Part shown: positions 23,036 to 32,816 of the stretch, piece after piece
Position numbering within the stretch: the first letter of the stretch is position 1
Layout of the letters: each line of letters opens with the position of its first letter
Assembly (NCBI RefSeq): GCF_001194135.2
Contig: NC_068985.1
Span: 22,707,468 to 22,740,283 of the forward strand
Direction: 5' to 3'
Length of the DNA: 32,816 bases
Source: Octopus bimaculoides
Taxonomy: Eukaryota
The notes under the pieces: generated by a model
What the model was told of the DNA's origin: nothing
What the model saw: only the letters and a program-made list of their open reading frames with translations
Databases searched by the model: none
Program-made: the position numbers and the translations under genes

Positions 23036-23885
23036 TTTCCTCAATTTCACATTTTAGCAGATATACTTTAGGTAAATTGATAAATGTGGATTAAAGTTTC
23101 TTGTCTTAAAACACAACACTGCAATAGATTTGAACCTACAAACTAAGAGTTGGCAATTTAATATTATATCTATTTGTCCATTACTCTTCCTGCCACACAT
23201 TCCCTACCATTTCTGTGTTATACTTATCTCTTTGTCACATTTGTATTTATTTTGTGAATTTGATTATTATGGCAATTTCATTGTTGCTTGAATCTCCCAC
23301 AAGATTTACATGTTTTTGTAATTCTCTTGAGAAAAACAAAATTGTAACCATATTTTGATTCCGAAAAAGTATGGAAGACCATAAGGCTCTTTTATGGTTT
23401 TCTGTATTTCTCTCCTTCCTTCCCAACCTCTCTCTCTCTTTCTCTCTATGTGTATATGTACATCCATATGTGCATCTAACTTGCACACATAGACATGCAT
23501 ACACATGTGGGTGCATGCACACAAATACACACACACACACCAGCTAATTCAACAGTTTTATTGTCATATGACCCCTGTATAAAACAGTGCATAAAATAAG
23601 AAAACTTGTGCAGCTGAAATGGAGATATCAAAGAATATTGTGAACATTATTTTTGACTGAATTTTATTAAATTTTTCTTTTTACAAAATATTAGTTTTCT
23701 CTTTTGATTATTTTTCATGGCATTTCTAAAAAACCTTTTCCAGTTATGGCTTGGTGAAATCAATGAAGCTATTGTTTTATTCTCTTTGTTCATTTTCGAT
23801 TTTATGAGGAGGTTACCTTGTTTACAAGACATTGCAGTGTAGTTAGTAGCTGAATAGTTACAATTGTTAGCATTTATTTGTGTTC

Positions 23886-24013
23886 TCAAGAATGTTTTTT
23901 CATTATGTACTCAATCCAAGGCTGGAGTTCTTGGACATTGGTATAAACCCCAGGATTTCTTGGCTGGCCACAACCATTTCCCCAAGAGGTTACTCCAGTG
24001 AGTGTATAGGCTC
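23886..24013 (-). CDS. Trypsin-fold protein last coding exon
   Basis: cttttcacag|GA acceptor. Translates [42 protein letters not shown]-stop (TGA 23888-23886), with SWG.GC and PGVYT.V....WI motifs. AATAAA on - at 23878-23873. Confidence 0.95.
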
Positions 24014-24494
24014 CTGTGAAAAGAATGAGGAATTGAAAATATATTAAAATGAGGGAATAGATTATATAAATATTGGTTTCAAATTTTGGGGGATTGGGTA
24101 CTTATTTCATTGACCCTGGAAAGATAAGCGGTAAAGTTAACCTTGGTAAAATCTGAACTCAAAATGTAAAACTGGACAAAATTCCACTAAACATTTTGCC
24201 CATCATGCTAACAATTCTACTAGCTCACTGCACTAGATTACCTAAATATTACTATCTCAAACGGATCGGTTAGAAATCAGTTTTCATATCCAAATAGAAT
24301 AAATTGTATAATAAAAGATTTTAAAGATAGGTCTGTGTAAGCTGTTGTGTAAAAAATTCAGTCATATTTATATATTTGATAAACTTTGATCTAGGCAGGC
24401 TGCTTAGTACATATCATCATCTTCATTTAATTTCTGCTTAAATATATTTGTGTGTTTCCAACTCATTCCAGGATGGAAAACAAATGTTAAATGA

Positions 24495-24670
24495 TGAGCA
24501 CCCTCTACACTCTCGGAGTGGTTGGCGTTAGGAAGGGCATCCAGCTGTAGAAACTCTGCTAGATCAGATTGGAGCCTGGTGTAGCCATCTGGTTCACCAA
24601 TCCTCAGTCAAATCGTCCAACCCATGCTAGCATGGAAAGCGGACGTTAAACGATGATGATGATGATGATG
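24495..24670 (+). mobile_element. Young RTE-tail-derived short repeat
   Basis: CTACACTCTCGGAGTGGTTGGCGTTAGGAAGGGCATCCAGC...GGAAAGCGGACGTTAAACGATGATGAT. Confidence 0.9.
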
Positions 24671-24859
24671 ATATGTATGCATATTTGTAAATAGTTACAA
24701 TTATATGATTAATAATCAAATATTCTTAGCTTCTCTGTAAAAAGAAGAGCCTGTGGATCAACCAAAGAGAAAAATGGAGTTAAATAATTGATTAGTTTTA
24801 TGTTACATTAAAACCACTCTCAGGATTTGCTTATTGTCTCCAGGTTGTTGAGAACCCAA

Positions 24860-26098
24860 TGATTTAATAGTTTTTAGCCTCACAGTCTATTTCTAGCACA
24901 AAGTCAAATTGCATCTCATCCAAGCTAATCCTCTTTCTAATCATTTTCACAATTACTTCTGTACCTTTCATATCTGATCCAACAATTTGATGCCTCTATG
25001 TTTTCTTCTCACCAGTGCATCTCTTTTCCTCTTGTAGCAGTTTTATATTGATGCTGCTATGATAACCGTTCAGTATGTCATTTCCTTGTATAACTTGATT
25101 GATTACTTCATACTCTATTTCATCAGATAGCTTATGCACCTTCACAACTATACTTGGTAAACCAGCTGCTTTATCTATCATACTACAGTCAACATGAATA
25201 GTTGGTTTCTTTGTCAGTTCTACTTTATAAGAACATACTCTTTCTCATGCATGCAGCACATAGTAAGATTTAAATGCCTCTTTCTTTTGAGCATTAGTAA
25301 GAGTGAATGAGTCTTTCATTTTTATTCCTCACTTCTCCCCAATAATATCATGATTTTCTCCTGTACTCTCTCAAGCAATCTGGAACATCTCTTGCTTTCA
25401 TCTTAATGTCACAAACCTCTTGTTTTCTGCCTCTGTTATACGTAACTGATATCTAGCTTCTCTTTAAAGCTGATTGATATTTTTCTCTCCTGCCCACTTT
25501 TCCAGACTTTCCAAGCATATCTCTTAAATTTTATTGCTCTATCTCCAGTGCTATTTCACAACTGGGTCACCTTACATCTAATTGGGACCTATCACCAGCC
25601 ACAGACTTGGTCTTTAGTTCCCAACATTTTGTCTCATTAGAAACTTCTAGTTTTCTTTGATGCTATAAATCTCTCTGTCTTCCTTAGAACTTCACTAAAT
25701 ATAAGACCAGTCGATAGTTATTTCAGCTTTCATATTGTCCTCCCCCAAATTGTATTTTGCCTCAGTGTCCATCTAACTTTTACTCTTTAGTCACTAATTA
25801 CTAATTTATGTTGGACAATAAATTATTTATCTGGAAAGACTACTTTTATAGCCATCTTCCTGTTTTGGTTATTGGTGAGAATACAATATGGCTTTTGTGT
25901 TTGCTTGATTGGTAGGTTACCAGGTGGCTGGTTGGCTGGTTTCCTGAAGTTTGTATTGCAAATGGTTAGGTCATTTGCACTAAAGAACTCCTGGAGCTTT
26001 GATGTAACCATCATTTCATCATTTCTCATATCATAATCAAAGCCACTTTGGTTTTGTCTAAAATGTCCTTTAAAATTGCCAGCCATGATATCTATTTC
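24860..26098 (-). mobile_element. Old RTE-clade LINE fragment (APE endonuclease, linker, RT N-terminus)
   Basis: IMAGNFKGHFRQ...LQEFFSANDLTICNTNFRKPA...YCILT (APE motifs), then VINQVIQG...RGIKLLDQ...SLDEMQF. Many stops and frameshifts. Confidence 0.8.
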
Positions 26099-26099
26099 C

Positions 26100-26146
<47 letters not shown>

Positions 26147-26309
26147 CTAATATGCCTGCATCTACTTCTTTGGTACTTTCTCATTTCTAATATCTCAATC
26201 ACTCCTCCCTCTCTCACACAGCCCCCTTATCATTCATCTCTGTACCATACATGCCAGTATCACTTCACTACCCATCCCTATTTCTATGGTCACTAATTTC
26301 CAGATTGAA

Positions 26310-26840
26310 ATATTTCATTGAGCCATTCTCTAGCCTACTTTTTTTAACCTACACATACACAACTTTCCTACACTTCAAAACATACATTCAACGTCATACT
26401 CAAATGGCATCACACTACCATCTTCTCACCATTCTCTGAAGTTACACTACTCCAACCCCACATAAACCATCTAAAAACTTGGTTCCAGAGCAACAATTCT
26501 TCAACCCTCCATCTTTTCAGAAACACCATAGAACATCAAGCACAACCAACCATTGCATTCAACACACACAAGACAAAAGTTATTGGAGTTACATGCAGCA
26601 TTCACATCACACATGAATACAATAAAGTAACGAAATAATGCACAAACATAACACTCTTACAGGTACTGCATTTGGCTTACAGAAAGAAATAATGGTCTAC
26701 GAAGAATAAATTAAAAACGTCATTGATTATGCAAACTGTCTCAGGGCTCCTTATCTCTCTGCAATGAACAACAGTGAACATAAAATAGTACCCTATATAA
26801 TTATCACATGCTGCACTAAGACATGCCTTTCAACCATCTA
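26310..26840 (+). mobile_element. Old Jockey/I-like LINE RT fragment
   Basis: Degenerate peptides across shifting frames: a SP.LFNL-like segment, LQPHINHLKTWFQSN, KVIGVT, AFGLQKEI, VIDYA, APYLS, IITCC. The order matches RT domains 4-7 and the thumb. Confidence 0.5.
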
Positions 26841-27197
26841 CTTATCGAGACTCATGTTTTTTGTTGCAGCAAACTTTAACCCTTTATAGTTCGTGCAGCT
26901 ATATGCAAAATCACTCTCAATCACATATTCAGCGACTTGAAGATTACTGTAATAGTCTTAAAAGTAGTGTCTCCTCTTTTCAATTCAGAGAAACATTGAT
27001 CCATGCTCAACTAATACTTATTTTATTGACCCTGGCCACATTTAAACTTAGAATGTAAAGAGCCAGAAGGTATGCTGTAAAGCATTTTGTCTGACATGAT
27101 AATGATTCTGCCAGTCTGTCGTCTTTCTCAGGCATATAATAACATTATCATAAGAAATAAAAAACTTACTTGCAATAAAAGGGAAATTACTTATTGT

Positions 27198-27922
27198 TTT
27201 TAACCCTAGGAGGAGCTTCCTCCAGTTGGTTATCAATGCAATCTGCACCAGATATATATTGCAAGCAGGGGAGCAAATCCTGACTAACTTTTAGCAGACA
27301 ACAGGGTTACAGTATGGTTTTGAGCTATTTGTGCTCATCCTCAGTGGTGGATACCCATCCACTAGAGGTAATAGTAATCTGCTTCAATTCGCAATATATA
27401 GAAAAATAAGTGACAACCAGTCACTAATCTTGCAACAAGCAAAGTATCTAGTTAGAAAATCTCTATGAGATGAAAGTGGTATTGATATCGAGAAGTAATG
27501 TTTACCACCACTTCAATATGGCTGTTCTGAAGGAACCAACGTTACTACCATTTTTAAACGTATGGTCTGGTGGTCTCATCATTTTCTAGAAGGTGATAGG
27601 GGTTCACTCCCCTGCTTACAATATACATCAGGTGCAGATTACCTCAATAACCAGCTGGAGGAGGCTCTTCCTGGGGTTAAAAATGGTAGTAATGTCGGTT
27701 CTTACAGAACAGCTATGTTGAAGTGGCAACAAACATTACTTCTGAGTATCTTTACGGCTTTCATCTCTTATAGAGATTTCCTAACTCTCCTGGAGTTAAA
27801 AACGGTAATAATGTCGATTCCTATGAAACAGCCATATTGAAGTGGTGATAAACATTACTTCTCAGTAAAGTTACTATTTCCGTCTCTTATAGGGATTTTC
27901 TAACAAACTACTTTGCTTGTTG
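27198..27922. repeat. Cluster of interleaved inverted and tandem repeats
   Basis: 27198-27273 is the reverse complement of 27607-27682 (65/76 identical). 27433-27558 is the reverse complement of two tandem ~119-bp units at 27677-27786 and 27796-27922. Confidence 0.85.
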
Positions 27923-28780
27923 GAAATTACTTACTTTTTATAGAAGGGAAGTTACTCTGATCCCTCATAACTTAGGCAGGAAGGTTTGACCGAACGAGTA
28001 AGTGTAAAGCACACATCTGTTACTCCCTGTATACTGTACTTACGCTTGTGTAAGGTTTTTAGAATTAAGTTATACAGTTTTCAATCTGGTTGCATGATTA
28101 TATTTAGTATATTTAGTCAATTAGAAACTATTTACAAACATTTTTTAAAAAATGGAGAAAGGAAAAAGAAATCAATAAAAAAAGGACAAAAACAAAAAAA
28201 AATGTAAAATGGATTGTGCACTCCCTCAGTTATGCATCATACCAAGGGCTACTGGTGTTTCCCCACCAAGTTTTTGAAACCCCAAACACAGCATTACTGC
28301 AGGTGATTATGAGGCTGAGGTACTGGAACAGCCAGATACCTTCCTGAGTATTTCCTGATATGTCAGTGAAGTGGAATGCTAATTAAGTCAAAAGACCCGT
28401 TTCTGTCATTACACTGTATAAAAACAACGAAAATGACAGGAAAATAAAGTAGATAATCGTGTATCATGTCCATTGTATCATTTTGTCTTCACCCATACAT
28501 ATTTCTCAGTATGTGCTTAAAGAAGATCACTTTCCATGGAGAATGCAAGAATTACTTTTTCGGGCTTGGTAGGTAGTGTGTTCGAAAAGAAGACATTGAG
28601 CAGTGTTACAAGTGATGTAAGATAGCTTGAAATGAAACCCCATACATATTGGAAGAAGCAAATTTATAACCAGTGATCAAAACTCACATTACGTTATCTA
28701 TTCAGGATACAGAAGTGAACATGTATGCATAGGCATATGTATGGTTAACAAAAATTTTAAAACGACCAAGTGTAACTTAC

Positions 28781-28951
28781 CATCTTTATTACAGACCAGA
28801 GGACCACCATCATCTCCTTGGCAGCTATCAGGACCGCCTTCTATGTAGCCTGCACATATCATACGTGGAGTAATACTGTTCTTGTACAATGCTTTACATA
28901 GTTTAGCTTTAATTAATGGAACAATAGCTGCCTTGAGAATTGATGGATATG
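28781..28951 (-). CDS. Trypsin-fold protein exon with the nucleophile motif changed to GDDGGP
   Basis: ttttatcaacag|CA acceptor and G|gtaagt donor, 171 nt, phase 1-1. Translates A-YPSILKAAIVPLIKAKLCKALYKNSITPRMICAGYIEGGPDSCQGDDGGPLVCNKD-G and joins in frame to both neighbouring exons. Confidence 0.95.
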
Positions 28952-29340
28952 CTGTTGATAAAAGACGTATACTTTGTAAAGACACAACAAAGTAATCATA
29001 AAGTAAACATAAATATAAATAATTTAATATATGCACAAGGACAATATTTACAAAGTAATGGGTATAGCTGACTGATTCAGCCTCTGCATATTACAAATGT
29101 TCATTTTACAGATGCCAGAAGGATTAAAAGTAAAGTTGATACTGAAGGGATTTAAGCTCAGAACATAGTAAACTAAGTACTGAAAATCATTTAGCCTAGC
29201 ATTCTCTTCCTTCTGTAACATTTTATTTGCAATTATGAAATTTTCGATAAACAACAACTAAGTACATCTATTCTATATCTTAGTGTTGGATAAATAATTT
29301 AACGAAGCAGGGAGAATGAAATATTTATACAATGCACTAT

Positions 29341-31230
29341 TGTTACTGTCACACGAGACTCAATGTTCTCAATTAATGGCTCAACTGCTTATTCAGTTGC
29401 TTTATTTTATAGCAATGTGTCAGACCTCTTTTAGTCACTTTTAGTCCACAACGTCTCCCCTTTTTAGAATTAGTTTCCCTTAACTTCTTCCCTTCTGAGA
29501 ATTAAACTCCGCTCAGAGTTTTACTATCTCTTACGCTTAGGGTTCAATACCAGTGTTTCCATTCTTTTCTGTTTCCTGGTACTTGAACGTATAATTTTAA
29601 ATTGTTTGGGGATTTCATTTCTCAAAACTATGTTTTCTGTGAATCTTCTTTTTAAGTTGGTTAATATTTCTTTTATGCTTGACATGTTTTCTTTTTACCA
29701 GGAATAACATTCTTCCAATTTGTTTAATAATTACACTGTTCATCCAGCTTTCTTTACCACATCTTAAAAAAAACTTTGTCACCTAACTTGAAGAATATTG
29801 AAGTGTTTTTGTTGCTTGCTTTTTTCAATGCCCTCTTTAAAGTGTCAACAAACTGCTCCACTTGTTCTTTTGACCTAGGATGATACAGCAGAGTGGTGAC
29901 ATGTGCAATGATGAACATTTTTACAAAGTTCTCTGAACTCATCTGAAGTAAATTGAGTTCCATTATCAGACACAGTGGTATCAGGAATATCATATCTAGC
30001 GAACAATTCGTGTAAAAAACTTAATGTAACCGCAGATGTCAGCTTTTTACACTTATGCACTTAAGGCTACTTTGGAAAACTGTCCACTACAATGAGGTAA
30101 TATGAACCCTTAAACACAAAAACTTTGACTTTTAAGGTTTTTTCACGAAATGTAATGTCATTTATCATTTCACCCTTAGAATGTAATTTTCTCCTGAACA
30201 CCACATTCAATTTTTGAAGTTTCTTTTAATCTAGGCCTCCCGATTTTTCTTCATGTATCTGTGTTAATTATTGAGATATCACTGCTGTATCCAATTGTAA
30301 ATTTTCATTTGTGTTATTAATTTTTACATATACAAATTTCCTTTGAGGCTTGTTCATATTTCTTGTCACCTATAACCTGTTTACGTTATTTTTTCTGTTG
30401 AACCGTTTTTTGTTTTACAGTGTGATTTTTTATGACCTATTTTACGACACTTGAAGCATTTTACATTTTTAAATGGACAGTTACTTTTAAAATGTAGACC
30501 ACTGCACACAAAATATGGATTCGGTCTTCACATATTTTTCTCTATTTTGTTATCCGTTACCGGTTGACATGCATGAATATGAGAACAATCTTTCCTTCAG
30601 TTTTATCTGTGTCATGTGTTAGATTTATAATCCTCTGGCATTCTTCTGCTACGGCCTGTAGAGTTAAATTTTGGTCCTATTCTAATTTTGTTAATGTCCG
30701 AGAACATGTATCTGCACCTTTGCTTGCAGTTAGCACTTGAACAAAAATTAAACATGTGAACATATCCAGGGTTAATACATTTAATTTAAATTTTTCAAAC
30801 TCTCTGTTAATAACTCTGGCATAGGTGATGAAATTTTCATCATCTTTTTTGACCAAATTTAAACATTACTGGCGAGTATTGAACTGGGAACTTCTTTCCC
30901 TGAAAACTTTCGATAAGATATTAATTGTTTCATCAAAATAAATTTCACCTGGTTTCTTTGGCAGAATATAATTACTATATTTTTCATGTTCAGCAGGGGA
31001 TTACTTTCTTAAAAGTAGTCGTATTTTTTTCTCGTCAGACTAATTTTTACATTCTTCTTTGAAAATTTCTTCATATCTTTGAAAATATGCAGAGAAGGTA
31101 ATCCTTTCTTCTGGAATATAACTGAATTCTTCAATTGCATTTGCTATGCTGTCTGGCAAGTAAGAAGCTGAAATATTTTCAGACTTCTTCAGCATTAATT
31201 CCAGCAACTGTTGGTACAGAAAACAGATTC
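29341..31230 (-). mobile_element. Internally deleted Gypsy/Ty3 LTR retrotransposon relic (gag, zinc knuckles, protease, integrase part, PPT, 3' LTR) inside the protease-gene intron
   Basis: Minus strand: gag FSAYFQRYEEIF...KIRLLLRK...YILPKKP...CLIFVQ; knuckle CFKCRKIGHKKSHC (~30420-30460); frameshifted protease QLDT(G)SDIS (~30270-30295); integrase LFARYDIPDTTVSDNGTQFTS...HPRS..QVEQFVDTLKRAL. PPT AAAAAGGGGAGA at ~29465-29454, then a TGT...ACA segment 29450-29341 containing AATAAA. Confidence 0.85.
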
Positions 31231-31236
31231 CATCAT

Positions 31237-32310
31237 ATGCCAGGGGGAAAAACTAGAAGTAGTTGATAGCTTCCGTTACCTAGGTCACCAAGTCAGTAGC
31301 GGGCTTGGGTGCTCTGAGAGCATAGCTGCCAGAATAAGAATTGTGTGGGCAAAGTTCAGAGAGCTCCTACCTCTGCTGCTAACAAAGGGCCTCTCGTTCA
31401 GAGTGAAAGGCAGACTGTATAACGCATGTATGCAAACAGCCATGCTACATGGCAGTGAAACATGGGCTGTGACTGCTGAGGACATGCATAGGCTTGAAAG
31501 AAATGAAGTTAGTATACTCCGCTGGATGTGTAATGTCAGCGTGCATACACAACAGAGTGTAAGCACCCTAAGAGAAAAGTTGGACATAAGAAGCTTCAGA
31601 TGTGGTGTGCAAGAGAGACGACTGTGCTGGTATGGTCATGTGTTGCGTATGGATGAGGACAGCTGTGTGAAGAAGTGACACACTCTAACAGTGAAGGAAA
31701 TCTGTGGAAGAGATAGATGCAGGAAGACATGGGATGAGGTGGTGAGGCATGACCTTTGAACATTGAGCCTCACAGAGGCAATGACTTGTGATCGAGACCT
31801 TTGAAGATATACTGTGATTGAGAAGACCCAGCAAATCAAATGAAATCATAGCTATGGCCAATGCCAGTGTTGCATAACCAGCCCATTTAAAAGTACTCTT
31901 AAATCATTGGGCAATAAACTATGCTTGAGAAGACCTGTTGAGTCAAGTGAAATCAAAGTTGTGGCTGATGCCAGTGCTGCCTGATTGGTACCCATGTTAG
32001 TGGCACGTAAAAAGCACCATTTGAGTGTGGTCAATGCCAGTACTGCCTGTCTGGCCCCCATGCCGGTGGCATGTAAAAAGCATCATTTGAGCATGGTTGA
32101 TGCCAGTATCGCCTGACTGGCCTCCATGCCGGTGGCACATAAAAAACACCCACTACACTCTCAGAGTGGTTGGTGTTAGGAAGGGCATCCAACTGTAGAA
32201 ACCTTGCCAGATCAGATTGGAGCCTGGTGCAGCCTCCTGGTTGCCAGTCCTCAGTCAAACTGGCTAACCCATGCCAACATGGAAAGCAGACATTAAATGT
32301 TGATGATGAT
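31237..32310 (+). mobile_element. 5'-truncated RTE LINE with complete 3' UTR and (GAT)n tail
   Basis: CQGEKLEVVDSFRYLG...HGSETW...LRWMC...RLCWYGHVLRM...RKTW (one stop at 31678). A 3' UTR with GGCAC/TGCC repeat units follows, ending TAAATGTTGATGATGAT. Confidence 0.92.
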
Positions 32311-32616
32311 GGAAAGTCCTTATGTCAATTGTCTTCAATTAATAAATTGTAATGATTCTCTCTCTCTCACTCTGTCCCTCTCTCTTCCTATTTGCATTTT
32401 TATAGTTTTGTGTGTGCCAAAACAGGCTGAATGTCCAGTCAGTCATACCAAATTGGCAGCATTCAAACAGCTGCATGAAATCATCTGCTGCTGCTCAAGA
32501 AGTTTGTCAGTGGCCTATGAAACCTACTGCTGTTTGGTTTTAGGCTACTCAATGCTGACCAAGAACCTGAAATAATAAGTCTGTAATGTTTAAATATATT
32601 ATAATGATAATACTAC

Positions 32617-32816
32617 CTTTTCCTGTGTTTCCCCATCCAGAAATATGACATCTTTCACCTTCAAAATATGTTGCATTCTTGTCTGGCAAACAGGCTGGTT
32701 GTACATAATCATTGAAAACAATTCCATTTCCCCTATTATTTGGCTCTATTTTAATTAGAGCGATATCATAATCATATGAGTTATCTGAAATAGTAGGATG
32801 TGGTTTTATATTAATA
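32617..32816 (-). CDS. Trypsin-fold (S1A, neurotrypsin/Tequila-like) protein, exon with catalytic Asp102; runs off window end
   Basis: Minus-strand translation INIKPHPTISDNSYDYDIALIKIEPNNRGNGIVFNDYVQPACLPDKNATYFEGERCHISGWGNTGK, with DIAL, PACLP and C.ISGWG motifs. Donor G|gtagta at 32617/32616. It has no ATG, so it is absent from the ORF track. Confidence 0.92.

Noticed and set aside
28250-28370. Minus-strand ILRKV peptide resembling the R4/Dong LINE C-terminus
   Set aside because: Too short and degenerate to support a call without a database search.

Overview
This is AT-rich, microsatellite-rich animal genomic DNA with three N gaps. Its repeat landscape resembles an octopus or other coleoid cephalopod (inference). 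Two spliced genes converge tail-to-tail. (1) On the + strand is the 3' half of poly(ADP-ribose) glycohydrolase (PARG): five recognisable exons at 1281-11491 with the intact GGG-X7-QEE and GCGAFGG motifs. Splice phase requires one more exon, which is missing from the readable sequence and probably lies in the gap at 3598-4186. (2) On the - strand are the last three exons (32816..23886) of a neurotrypsin/Tequila-like trypsin-fold protein. Its catalytic serine is replaced by aspartate (GDSGGP->GDDGGP), so it is a probable pseudo-protease. Between the genes lie a decayed intron-containing tRNA-Leu(CAA) gene, a consensus RFX X-box, and an orphan terminal-exon-like segment with acidic repeats and two frameshifts. 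Most of the remainder is transposon debris: mariner, Buster-type hAT, piggyBac-like MITEs, an internally deleted Gypsy, RTE/Jockey/Penelope fragments and several SINE families. All calls come from manual translation and motif recognition; no database searches were run.
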